Positions 10,518 through 23,042 are shown, counted from the stretch's first letter. The stretch: DNA of 64,000 nt from Octopus vulgaris (GCA_951406725.2 OX597837.1:33976001-34040000); one strand, 5' to 3'. The notes: generated from the sequence alone by a model not told the origin. Program-made: numbers and translations.

Positions 10518-10971
10518 ATATATATATATATATATATATACGACAGGCTTCTTTCAGTTACCCTCTACTAAATCCACTCACAAGGCTTTAGTCGGCCGGA
10601 GGCTATAGTGGAAGACACTAGCCCAAGGCGCCATGCAGTGGGACAGAACACGGAACCATGTGGTCGAGAAAGAAGATTCTTACCACAGAGCCACGCCTGT
10701 GCCTCTATAATAGTATTTTAAGGGGTCCCGAATAAAAATTTGCTTTAGATGTATGTATTGGTATGTATTGCAAAGAAACGGCTGGGTTTCTTTCTCTAAC
10801 ATTTTACGTAGTTCGACCTACATAAGTGAATGTGTGCAAAAACGAAATAAGAAATTTGAAAGAAGTGTCTATGGAACTAGTTTTTAAACACAATGGCTTT
10901 GGGAGTCCACCAAAATAAAATAGTAATCAAAGGGTTCAGAGAAAAATAAATAAATAAATGATTGAGAAACC

Positions 10972-11034
<63 letters not shown>

Positions 11035-11055
11035 CCTATCTATCTATCTATCTAC

Positions 11056-11087
<32 letters not shown>

Positions 11088-11123
11088 TTATCTACCTACC
11101 TACCTACCTACCTACCTACCTAC

Positions 11124-11174
<51 letters not shown>

Positions 11175-11175
11175 C

Positions 11176-11272
<97 letters not shown>
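10972..11272. repeat. (TATC)n microsatellite
   Basis: Direct inspection. Confidence 0.95.
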
Positions 11273-11274
<2 letters not shown>

Positions 11275-11514
11275 GCAATGTTACCGATGGTTAGAGAGTA
11301 GAGCACGTGTTGTACACGTGGTGTCACTTTAACCCAATGACTTACGGATATCCTGGTTCTATCTGGTTCATCTTGCCTCTCTGTTGAACTTTTTGTAGGA
11401 CTGGAAGAATGGCAACGAAGAATCATCTCAGAAGATACGATCGTAGTAAAGATTATAGCAACGATGAAGAGAGTGTTTGAGGAAGCTATCGTATGTCAAA
11501 ATGAAGCCATCATT

Positions 11515-11517
<3 letters not shown>

Positions 11518-11546
<29 letters not shown>

Positions 11547-11942
11547 TGTATGTATGTATGTATGTATGTATGCATGCATGCATGTATGTATGTATGTATG
11601 TATGTATGTATGTATGTATGCATGCATGCATGCATGCATGTATGTAAGCATGTATGTATGTATGCATGCATGTATGTAAGCATGTATGTATGTATGCATG
11701 TATGTATGTATGAACGTATGTATGTATGTATGAATGTATGTATGTATGTATGTATGTATGTATGTATGTACGTATGCATGCATGTATGCATGTATTCGTG
11801 TATGTATGTATGTATGTATGTATGTATGTATGTATGTATGTATGTATGTGTGAATGTATGTATGTATGTACGTATGTATGTATGTATGTGTATGTATGTG
11901 TGTATATGTGTGTGTATATGTGTGTGTATGCACGTATGTATG
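11518..11942. repeat. (TATG/CATG)n microsatellite
   Basis: Direct inspection. Confidence 0.95.
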
Positions 11943-12055
11943 TCACTATTCAGTTTTATTTCAAGATTTCTTGCCAATAGAGAAAGACCCGGTTTCTAAC
12001 CTAGATCCAAGGCTCCTTCATTGGAATTTAAACTGCGTAAACTGGGTATTTTTGC

Positions 12056-12088
<33 letters not shown>

Positions 12089-12167
12089 TGTATGTATGTA
12101 TGTATGTATGCATGCATGTATGTATGTATGCATGCATGTATGCATAAATATATGATGTATGTATTAT

Positions 12168-12201
<34 letters not shown>

Positions 12202-12260
12202 TACGGAGATGTACTTGCATAGCAAGTGACTTGATTTGAGATCGTGTGTTGAAACAAAAA

Positions 12261-12552
12261 CAATTGCAGTGTGGAAGGTGTTTATAAGCCATTTAAAACA
12301 CACACACACACACACGCAAAAACCCGTTAGATTCACTTCAACATTTAAATTTAATTTGTATCAAAATATATTCGTCGCTTTGAAGCCGTGACCTCTTCAC
12401 TGAGGTGCAGCACGAAATTTTGTCAGTGAACAGGTCGCGGTTTCAAAGCGGCGAAATATTTTGACACTAATTAAATTTAAATGTTGAAGTGAATCTAACG
12501 GTTTTTATGTAGTTTTTTAAATGGCTTATAAACACCTTCTACACTACAATTG
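12261..12552. repeat. Fold-back element with two divergent hammerhead-like motifs
   Basis: Arms ~12261-12403 and ~12423-12552 are inverted copies (e.g. ccgttagattcacttcaacatttaaatttaatt and aattaaatttaaatgttgaagtgaatctaacgg). Confidence 0.85.
12421..12466 (+). ncRNA. Type-I hammerhead-like motif with swapped G3-C8 core
   Basis: tgtca-GTGAACA-G-gtcgc-ggtttcaaa-gcggc-GAA-atatt-T-tgaca. Confidence 0.5.
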
Positions 12553-13013
12553 TAATCGAAACACGGAGTAGATGAAACAGGAACAACTGAAGAAGGGGAA
12601 TATTCCTTGTGTTGTATGTCCTGTTCCTCTGTTTTTTTTTTGTTGTTGTTTGAAAAAAGTTCGTTTCTATGTTTTCATTTCACATTGTGTTCAACGTTTT
12701 TTTTATGCCCTGTATCCATATATGCATGCGTATATGCATGACACAAACATATACACACACATACATCTATATATATATATAAATAATCCTTTCTACTATA
12801 GGTATATAAATATATATATATATATAAAAACATATATATAAAGCAGTGATAAGGGAAACTGCAACGTTATTATCTGTCCGAATATGTTTGGTGCACGTTC
12901 GAACTGGGGAAGAAGCTACTCACTACGGATGTATATATCTCGGTTGTTGACAAATGATGTGTATACATTTAGATCAGCTCGCGGCGCCATCTGTCTAGAC
13001 TGTGAGATGCTAG

Positions 13014-13449
<436 letters not shown>

Positions 13450-13570
13450 TAACACCGCATCCTCACCACATTAATTAATTGTAAGACTGCGTTGGGTGAA
13501 CATATCTAGTCTTTTCTGCAAGATGATGTGTCCCAAAACGGAAAGTAATGGAGGTTGTGGAAGTGTATAT

Positions 13571-14336
13571 GTGTGGGAACAGGTTCTGTTAATCAGGGAT
13601 TCTTCAAGCAAGTCAAATTTCCGTGTGAAGGCTTTGCCGGTAAAGAGAACGATACAAATGTTGGTTAAGCCGTGGCACGCCGTGGGGGCCTGTGCACAAC
13701 GGCCCAAAACAAAGAAGTCCGAACGCCAGAAGTTATTGAGGGCTTTCGCCAAAGGATTACTCCATCTTCAAAGATGTCAACAACATAAAATTGGCACAGC
13801 AGAAGGTCATGCTACCGGATGTTGTGTGGGAACGGGTTCTGTTAATCAGGGATTCTTCAAGTCAAATTTCCGTGTGAAGGCTTTGCCGGTAAAGAGAACG
13901 ATACAAATGTTGGTTAAGCCGTGGCACGCCGTGGGGGCCTGTGCACAACGGCCCAAAACAAAGAAGTCCGAACGCCAGAAGTTATTGAGGGCTTTCGCCA
14001 AAGGATTACTCCATCTTCAAAGATGTCAACAACATAAAATTGGCACAGCAGAAGGTCATGCTACCGGATGTTGTGTGGGAACGGGTTCTGTTAATCAGGG
14101 ATTCTTCAAGTCAAATTTCCGTGTGAAGGCTTTGCCGGTAAAGAGAACGATACAAATGTTGGTTAAGCCGTGGCACGCCGTGGGGGCCTGTGCACAACGG
14201 CCCAAAACAAAGAAGTCCGAACGCCAGAAGTTATTGAGGGCTTTCGCCAAAGGATTACTCCATCTTCAAAGATGTCAACAACATAAAATTGGCACAGCAG
14301 TCACGCATAAGCAGAAGGTCATGCCACCGGATGTTG
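13571..14336. repeat. Tandem repeat, 249-bp unit x ~3
   Basis: gtcaaatttccgtgtgaagg at 13612, 13861 and 14110 (period 249); units nearly identical. Confidence 0.95.
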
Positions 14337-14590
14337 AAAAGTCTAAAGTTGAAGCCATACCATTTCACATGTGCCATAGCAATTAAAAATAGATGAGAAG
14401 AGCGAACGAGTAAATTATTGCATACGGCTTCTGAAGAGCAGATGCAGCTGGTCGAAATAGCACAATGACACTTGTAAACAATAGGCTGGGTGCTTTGACC
14501 TTGTGATATGAATGTATGTATGCATGTATGTATGTATCTATGTATGTATGTATGTTTGTATGTATGTATGTATGTATGTATGTATGTATG

Positions 14591-14640
<50 letters not shown>

Positions 14641-14641
<1 letters not shown>

Positions 14642-15058
14642 TCTTTACTCTTTTACTCTTTTACTTGTTTCAGTCATTTGACTGTGGCCATGCTGGAGCA
14701 CCGCCTTTAGTCGAGCAAATCGACCCCGGGACTTATTCTTTGTAAGACCAGTACTTATTCTATCGGTCTCTTTTGCCGAACCGCTAAGTTACGGGGACGT
14801 AAACACACACCAGCATCGGTTGTCAAGCAATGCTAGGGGGACAAACACAGACACACAAACACACACATACATATATATATATATATACATATATACGACA
14901 GGCGTCTTTCAGTTTCCGTCTACCAAATCCACTCACAAGGCTTTGGTTGGCCCGAGGCTATAGCAGAAGACACTTGCCCAAGATGCCACGCAGTGGGACT
15001 GAACCCGGAACCATGTAGTTGATTAGCAAGCTACTTACCACGCAGCCACTCCTGCGCC
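14641..15058 (-). mobile_element. SINE family A, full length (followed by an older head fragment at 15075-15244)
   Basis: Reverse complement of family A. Confidence 0.9.
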
Positions 15059-15639
15059 TATATATATATACATATATATACTACGGGCTTCTTTCAATTT
15101 CCGTCTACCAAATCTACTCACAACGCTTTGGTCGGCCTGAGGCCATATTAGAAGTCACTTGCCCAAGGTGCCACGCTGTAGGACAGAACCCGGGACCATG
15201 TAGATGGGAAGCAAACATTTTACCACACAGTCACAACTGCACCTACTAATAAACATTCCCTTAGTCCGCAGACTGTACGTTCTCTCTTACCCTCGACGCC
15301 AACCGGAGTTATCAGCCTTTCCCTAGGAACTCTCCTGTTATCTAGATATAACCAAACACAGACTGTTCATAAATATTTTCTTTCTCTTTCGTGAATTGCT
15401 GACATCGCCAAACATACTTTACTATTTAGCTATTATTAATTATACTGGAGCTCGGAAATAACTAATTAGCGGAAGAGTATTTAAAACACTTAATGACTGT
15501 TTACACAAGTCAAAACGAGATTATATACATATGTGTGTGTGTTTATACACATATACATACACACGCATATATATATATATACATATATGTGTACGTACAT
15601 ACATACATACATACATACATACATACATACATACATACA

Positions 15640-15950
15640 TAGAGCGTTGAGCTTACGATCGTGAGGTTGTGAGCTCGAATCCCGGACCGGGCTGTGTGTT
15701 GTGTTCTTGAGCAAGACACTTTATTTCACGTTGCTCCAGTTCACTCAGCTGTAGAAATGAGTTGCGACGTCACGGGTGCCAAGCTGTATCGGCCCCTTTA
15801 CCTTTCCCTTGGATAACATCAGTGGCGTGGAGAGGGGAGACCGGTATGCATGGGTGACTGCTGGTCTTCCATAAAACAACCTTGCCCAGACTTGTGCCTC
15901 AGAGGGTAACTCTCTAGGTGCAAACCCATGGTCAGTGTCTGACCGAAGAG
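15640..15950 (+). mobile_element. tRNA-derived SINE family C, 5'-truncated
   Basis: Homologous to 38611-38916 (tgttcttgagcaag-cactttatttcacgttgctccagttcactcagctgtag). Confidence 0.8.
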
Positions 15951-16001
15951 GGTAGAAAAAAAAAATATATATGTATATGGAAGAGGGAAAATTGAAAGAG
16001 T

Positions 16002-16038
16002 CTTTGACGTTTCGAGCCTATGCTCCTCTGCAGAAAAG
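16002..16038 (-). ncRNA. Minimal type-I hammerhead-like motif (A6C variant)
   Basis: Minus strand: ctttt-CTGCAGA-G-gagc-atag-gctc-GAA-ACGT-C-aaag. Confidence 0.5.
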
Positions 16039-16249
16039 AGTGAGGAAAGAATACGTAGAGAAAAAACATGTCTGGATTAACGATTTCATTTGTTGATTTT
16101 ACCGGAGGAAAGTGGTTGGTTGGTTGGTTGGTTGGTTGGTGGAAAGGGAGACAACAATAACGTAGTTAAAGTGTGTTTGTGCATAAAGTATGTGTGACAC
16201 TGCTGTTATATTTGAGGATGGTCATTTTTATTTTATTTTATTTTTTTGC

Positions 16250-17397
16250 CAAATAAACACACGTACTATGTATTCACTCTTCACTCGTTTATTACTGTTC
16301 TCATTTCATCGTATGTTCATTGTCCGGAAATGTGTTGTCACACATCTGTGACCTCTTCAGCGGCCCTTTCCATCCACGTGTGTCCTCCTGCTCTGCTTAA
16401 TCCATTCTGTCTTTCTATGATGTATTTCCTTATTTGCGCATGCGGCTGCGTCTATAACTATGTGAGTGTGTGTGTGTGTGTGTGTACGTTTGCGTGTGTG
16501 TGTGTTTGTGCGTGCGTGTGTGTGCATATGAGTGTCGATGTGTTTCGCATGTGTCCTTGAGCCTTACTCTCAATCTTGTTCTTGTATCTCTCTGTGTCTG
16601 TGTGTTCGTTCCCGCCGCTGCCATTGTGGTTGTTGTTGCGCCTCTTGTTATTGGTTGTGATGTTGTTGCTGTTTGTATTGTTGTAGCGGCCGCTCGTGAA
16701 GTTACTGTATGTGTGTTTGTGTGTGTATATGGATTTGCTTGCTATGTTGTTTGTATCCGTGCCCTTTATATAGTTTTTTTGTTTGTTTGTCAATGTATCT
16801 CTTTTTCTTATATTCATCATAGGTATGTGGATGTTTGTTTGTTTTTTTGTGTGTGGATTACACAGTTCTCTCTTTAGTTGTCGTGTTGCATTGTCTGGTG
16901 GTGGGAGTGTTATTTTTCCATTTGTGTTCACTATTGTGGCTCGGCCTGCCTATTATTATGTGTGTAGCCTCTGTGATCGTGTCAATCCTATGCGTTGATA
17001 ATACCTTAACCTCTATATTATTAACTGAGCTTCTATGTTCTACTTGAATATATGGGTAGAGCACTGACGAGCTTTTCTTCCAATTGAGCTCACGTCAGTG
17101 ATCACCTATTCTTTCCCCTATACTGCGTGCCGTCTCCACATTTTAAGTCGTTGTCTTGTTTCTGCTCCTTCCTTCAGTACACCGTAAGCTATGGACTATG
17201 TTTCTAATCTTACAGTTAACCTGTGGGTTCATCCTACATGCTATACAATTGTTCTCCATACACGGGGACATATTGGAGGGATAGGCTTTACAGATCAGGG
17301 ATTTATGGGCGTCCCAGGTCTTTGTACTACTTTAATCCATATATTTACCTTATCGAATGCTTTTTTAAAAAGGTACGCTAGTTCGACACTAGGGGGG

Positions 17398-17398
<1 letters not shown>
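16250..17398 (-). mobile_element. Penelope-like retroelement 3' fragment (Neptune-like GIY-YIG, degenerate HHR)
   Basis: Manual translation: [16 protein letters not shown]...CIAC...NCKIRNIVHSLRC...ETARSIGERIGDH...TEATHI...NSEHKW (~17395-16910); degenerate ccg-CTGAAGA-g-gtcaca-gatg-tgtgac...cgg at 16363-16324. Confidence 0.7.
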
Positions 17399-17434
<36 letters not shown>

Positions 17435-17452
17435 TGTATGTATGTATGTATG

Positions 17453-17483
<31 letters not shown>

Positions 17484-17494
17484 GTATATATATA

Positions 17495-17571
<77 letters not shown>

Positions 17572-17639
17572 GGAGTTTAACGCAGGTATAATTCAAATAC
17601 TTTTACTTCCGACACATGTTCCGAAGATTTCACTGATCT

Positions 17640-18077
17640 ACTATAGCTTCGGGCCGACCAAAGCCTTGTGAGTGGATTTGGTAGACGGAAACTGAAAGAA
17701 GCCCGTCGTATATATGTATATTTATATATGTATGTGTATGTGTATATGTTTGTGTGTCTGTGTTTGTCACCCCCCAACATCGCTTGACAACCGATGCTGG
17801 TGTGCTTACGTCCCCGTAACTTTGGTAGACGGAAACTGAAAAGAAGCCCATCGTATATATGTATATATATGCGTGTGTGTGTTTGTCCCCCTAGCATTGC
17901 TTGACAACCGATGCTGGTGTGTTTATGTCCCCGTTACTTAGCGGTTCGGCAAAAGAGACCGATAGAATAAGTACAAGGCTTACAAAGGATAAGTCCTGGG
18001 GTTGATTTGCTCGACTAAAAGGTGGTGCTCCAGCATGGCCACAGTCAAATGACTGAAACAAGTAAAAGAGTAAAGAG
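17640..18077 (+). mobile_element. SINE family A, 5'-truncated with internal duplication
   Basis: The tttggtagacggaaactgaaa...tccccgt segment is present twice. Confidence 0.85.
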
Positions 18078-18348
18078 TATATATATCTTCTTCCTTGACT
18101 CTCTCGTTGCTCACGCGTGACCAACGGCCATCCATCTTTCTTTCTTCCACTTCCTTCTTAAAGACAAAATATGCTTTTTTCTGCCTCTTCTCAATGCTCG
18201 TTTTTCCAGCGTTCACCACTTCACATCGTCTTAACAGCCCTCACCATTTGTTTTTACTCTTTTGTTCTCACTGTCCTGTTTTTGTCACCACTTTTGTTAC
18301 CTCCGCAAAAAATCCCAAATTTTATTTAATTTGCTTCGCGGGAAGGAT

Positions 18349-18423
18349 TGTTTTAACGAAGTCGCGTCTTGTCCTTACCTTCGAAACGCAGAGTAGATAA
18401 AACAGGAGACAACTGATGAAGAG
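18349..18423 (+). ncRNA. Non-circularly permuted hammerhead-like motif, copy 3
   Basis: Stem III gcgt(18364-7)/acgc(18386-9); GUC site with H17=C18368; stem I ttgtc(18369-73)/gacaa(18408-12); CTGATGA 18413-9; extra helix tgttttaac/gataaaaca. Confidence 0.65.
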
Positions 18424-18644
18424 AATGTTTTTTATGTTGCATGTCTCGTTTATCTGTTTGTTTGTTTTTTTCGTTGCTTGAAAAAAGTTCGTTTTCTATG
18501 TTTTTATTTTGTATGTTCTCGTTTCTCCTTTTGTCTACGTTTTTTTTATGTCCTGTACACATGTATGCATGTGTATATACATATATATGTAGGTATGTGC
18601 ATATATGTATGTATATATTATTTATATTATATTATATCATATAT

Positions 18645-18697
<53 letters not shown>

Positions 18698-18792
18698 TAT
18701 TTGAAAGCAGCAGAAATATAACAAAAGCTTTATTTAAATACCTCTGGTATTTGAGTACTCTTTTTTCCCACATTGTTTCACATTTATGTGCT

Positions 18793-19240
<448 letters not shown>

Positions 19241-19354
19241 CTATCTATATATATTATATACTTTCCACCAAGGAGATCATGTTTTAAAGCCGAAAGAAAA
19301 AGACAAAAAAAAAATCTGCGGGCAGTTTCTTTAGCAGCAGTAAGAGTATAGGCG

Positions 19355-19372
19355 GTGGTGGTGATAGCAGCC

Positions 19373-19403
<31 letters not shown>

Positions 19404-19412
19404 TAGTAGTAC

Positions 19413-19455
<43 letters not shown>

Positions 19456-19800
19456 GGTGGTGGTGGTGGCGGTGATGGTAGTGGTGGTGGTGTTTGGTGG
19501 TGTGACAGGAGCCGATGGGGTATCTTATCTCCTCTCCCCCACTCTCGCCCCCGCCCCCCTACATTTCGTCACCCTAATCAGATGTTGCTACTACAAGGGA
19601 GTTCGTGGCAATTTAAAAGACAACACAACAAAACTTCGCCATATTTACTTTCACCGCCGCACCTTAATGCTTCCCCCGCCGCCGACACCAGTAACACCGC
19701 CGCCACCACCGCCACCACCACCACCACCGCCACCACCACCGCCGACATCACCACCACAGACATCACCACCACCGCCCACCACCACCACCACCACCACCTG
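19355..19800. repeat. (GTA/GGT)n and (CCA/CCG)n trinucleotide repeats
   Basis: Direct inspection. Confidence 0.85.
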
Positions 19801-20027
19801 CAAGTCTTTCCAGTGTCTTCTCTCCAAACAACACCAACCAACCAACCAACAAAAACCATAACAAAACAAAAAAAAAAGCAATACACACACACTCACACAC
19901 ACACACTCTCTCTCTCTCACACACACACGCTCTCTCTCTCTCACACACACACACACGCACACACACAAACGGAAAGAGGAGAAATATGTACATATGTATG
20001 TATGTATATGCTGCATGTTTGAATATG

Positions 20028-20061
<34 letters not shown>

Positions 20062-20067
20062 AGATAT

Positions 20068-20109
<42 letters not shown>

Positions 20110-20161
20110 TATATGTTATATATATATATATATATACTATATAGGTATATATATTATATAT

Positions 20162-20207
<46 letters not shown>

Positions 20208-20441
20208 TTATACACACATATGTGTATGTGTGTGTGTGTACGCAGAGTACATTATCTTTCTAGCTATGTTTCGCGCATACACACACACACACACACACAC
20301 AAACATACAATACATAAACACATACATATACGCATACATAAGGGTGTGTGAATGTAGTTACGTATACAAGAATGTGTATTATCTATACATGTCTATCTAT
20401 ATACATATACATGCTTACATATTCATATACGTATGTACACG

Positions 20442-20472
<31 letters not shown>

Positions 20473-21025
20473 GTATGCGTGAGTGTATTTGTGTGAGTGT
20501 GTGTATGTATATGTTTAAACAAGTACGTATATAAAATGTATTTATATATATGCTGTGCCATGTTTGTGTGAATTGAGTCGTAGCTCTTATCGTTTATTTA
20601 TATACATTGTCCTATAGCTGCAGAGTTTGTGTGTGTATATATAGCACGACAATACCACCAGTTGAGAAGAAATTTAGGCCACAAACCACGCCACCCCGCT
20701 CTCTTTCTCTCTCTCTCTCTCTCGCTCGGTGTATATATTGTAACTTATGTGGGTGATTCACGGCTAAACTATTTCGTAGATACACGGAAAATTGACTGGC
20801 TATGCGTGTGTGTGTGTGTGTGTGTACATAGATAGATAGATAGCGAAGTGAACAGCGACATGTATATTCGTAGACGTATGTATATATGTATGTGTGTAAC
20901 TGTGTGTTTTTGGTTGATATAACTATATGCCTGTGTTGAAGGTGCAGCGTAATAGCACTGACCCTCAAGAAATCTACTCAGCTACCCAGGCATGCCTCCA
21001 TCTATCTATCTGCACATCCGTTTTG

Positions 21026-21168
<143 letters not shown>

Positions 21169-21288
21169 TACTGTTTTTATCTTTATTTGTACTGTTTTTT
21201 TCTTTATTTGTATTGCTTTTACGTCCTGTTCTTGTCAACTTTTTTACCCCTCCGAAAAAAAATATTTAATTCGCTTTGCGGGAAGGAT

Positions 21289-21364
21289 TGTTTCCATATA
21301 GTCGTGTTCTGCCCTTACCTTCGAAACACGCAATGAGTCGAAACAGGGGCAGCTGAAGAAGGGG
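21289..21364 (+). ncRNA. Non-circularly permuted hammerhead-like motif, copy 4 (best paired)
   Basis: Stem III cgtgt(21303-7)/acacg(21326-30); H17=T21308; stem I ctgccct(21309-15)/ggggcag(21346-52); GAA 21323-5; CTGAAGA 21353-9 plus A; stem II cttc/gggg; extra helix tgtttc/gaaaca. Confidence 0.7.
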
Positions 21365-21589
21365 AATGTTCCTTGTGTTGTATGTCTTGTACTCCGTTTC
21401 CTTGTTTTGTTTTTATGTTTTCGTTTCTCGTTGTGGTCTACGTTTATTTGGGGTGTCCTGTACCCATATAAGCATGTATATATACATATAGATGTAGGTA
21501 TGTACATATATGTATGTATGTATGCATATGTTTTATTTATTAAATTGTTATCATATGATCGAACGCACGCGTCGTCTTCTACCAAGTAA

Positions 21590-21676
<87 letters not shown>

Positions 21677-21765
21677 CAACAATTGAGGGTAAAATTAATT
21701 AATTATTAATCAATTTCACCAAGTATTCAGTATGCAAAGGGACCATTTAAGGCGAATTCAAATTA

Positions 21766-21853
21766 TTACATTATATAAAAGGGCTTAGTAAAATAAATTA
21801 CTTTGCCACGTGGCAAAGTAATTTATTTTACTAAGCCCTTTTATATAATGTAA
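21766..21853. repeat. Perfect 88-bp palindrome, no spacer
   Basis: 44-bp arms are exact reverse complements, centred on ccac|gtgg. Confidence 0.95.
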
Positions 21854-21975
21854 AAATTATATATATATATATATATATAATTTTAATCCAAACGGGAAAA
21901 CAGAAAAAACAACAACACGTGGAACAATTACAGTATTATTATTAATAGGCGCTCAGGAAAGATGGAAGCAGGAAG

Positions 21976-22010
21976 GTATGACGTTTCGAGCGGAGCTCTT
22001 CGTCGGAAAC
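21976..22010 (-). ncRNA. Minimal type-I hammerhead-like motif (U4C variant)
   Basis: Minus strand: gttt-CCGACGA-A-gagc-tcc-gctc-GAA-ACGT-C-atac (one stem I mismatch). Confidence 0.5.
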
Positions 22011-22272
22011 ATAAAGATGGAAGAGAGAGGAAAGAAAGATCCCGAGGTGGGCAAACAGAGGGAGAAAAAAAAAGCGACTGGTGTTTACGAAGTACACATG
22101 GTGAAAGGCGGAAGTTTACGATAACAAGAGCAAAGTAGGTTTTTAAAGCCAAAAGAGTGGAGACAGGGTTGGTAACGCAACAGATGTGTGTGTATGTGTG
22201 AGTGTGTGCGTGTGCGTGTGTGTATGTGTGTGTGAGGCGAGATAAAAAAACAAAAAATATATGTATATGTTA

Positions 22273-22341
<69 letters not shown>

Positions 22342-22342
<1 letters not shown>

Positions 22343-22718
22343 CTGTATATATATAAGCCTGAAGTTGTCTGTGTATGGCAAGTTTGGTAGCCTTCAACTA
22401 ACACTATCCTCTCCGAGACCCTGCGGCGTAAGTTGACTAAAATTGAGAATATGATAGAATAAGACTTGCTCTTCCTTCCGTAGAAGAAAAAAATATCAAA
22501 TCGGACCATGTTAACACCAAAAATTATTTACATCAAGAAGGTGCTTTTTTTCTATGAAAATCCCTATTTTTTACGATTTTTTTACTGCTGTGTCGCCATA
22601 TTTCGGTGTATTTCAACCAGAAAAAATGTTCACTTAAAGAGAATAACAAGCTACATAATGCAAAATTTTTACTTTTCAAAAGTACTAATTCTAAAGCAAC
22701 GCCGGGCAATACTGCTAG
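22342..22718 (+). mobile_element. Non-autonomous Helitron-like element
   Basis: A|TCtgtatatatataag...gcaacgccgggcaatactg-CTAG|T; termini shared with 4682-5084. Confidence 0.7.
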
Positions 22719-22720
22719 TT

Positions 22721-22799
<79 letters not shown>

Positions 22800-22861
22800 T
22801 GTATGTATGTATGTATGTATGTATGTATGTATGTATGAATATATATATGTATGTATGTATG

Positions 22862-22912
<51 letters not shown>

Positions 22913-22974
22913 TTATATGTAATTATTTGTGTATTGTATGTATATATATAGAAACAGATAGATAGATGAATACA

Positions 22975-23025
<51 letters not shown>

Positions 23026-23042
23026 TGTGTGTGTTGGTGTGT

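Larger units (their letters stand above)
7288..10945 (+). mobile_element. hAT-like MITE split into 7288-7397 and ~10704-10945 by nested insertions
   Basis: Starts CAGTGGTTCTCAACC. The halves ...gtaaattgtaggatct and tctataatagtattttaagggg are contiguous in the related copy at ~36621-36755. Confidence 0.6.

Noticed and set aside
13496-14386. 296-aa ORF with an 83-aa repeat as a real gene
   Set aside because: Length is explained by triplication of a 249-bp unit; no recognisable domain or splice context
14431-14470. CTGAAGA...GAAAT hammerhead-like motif
   Set aside because: Stems I and III cannot be formed; at best a decayed remnant
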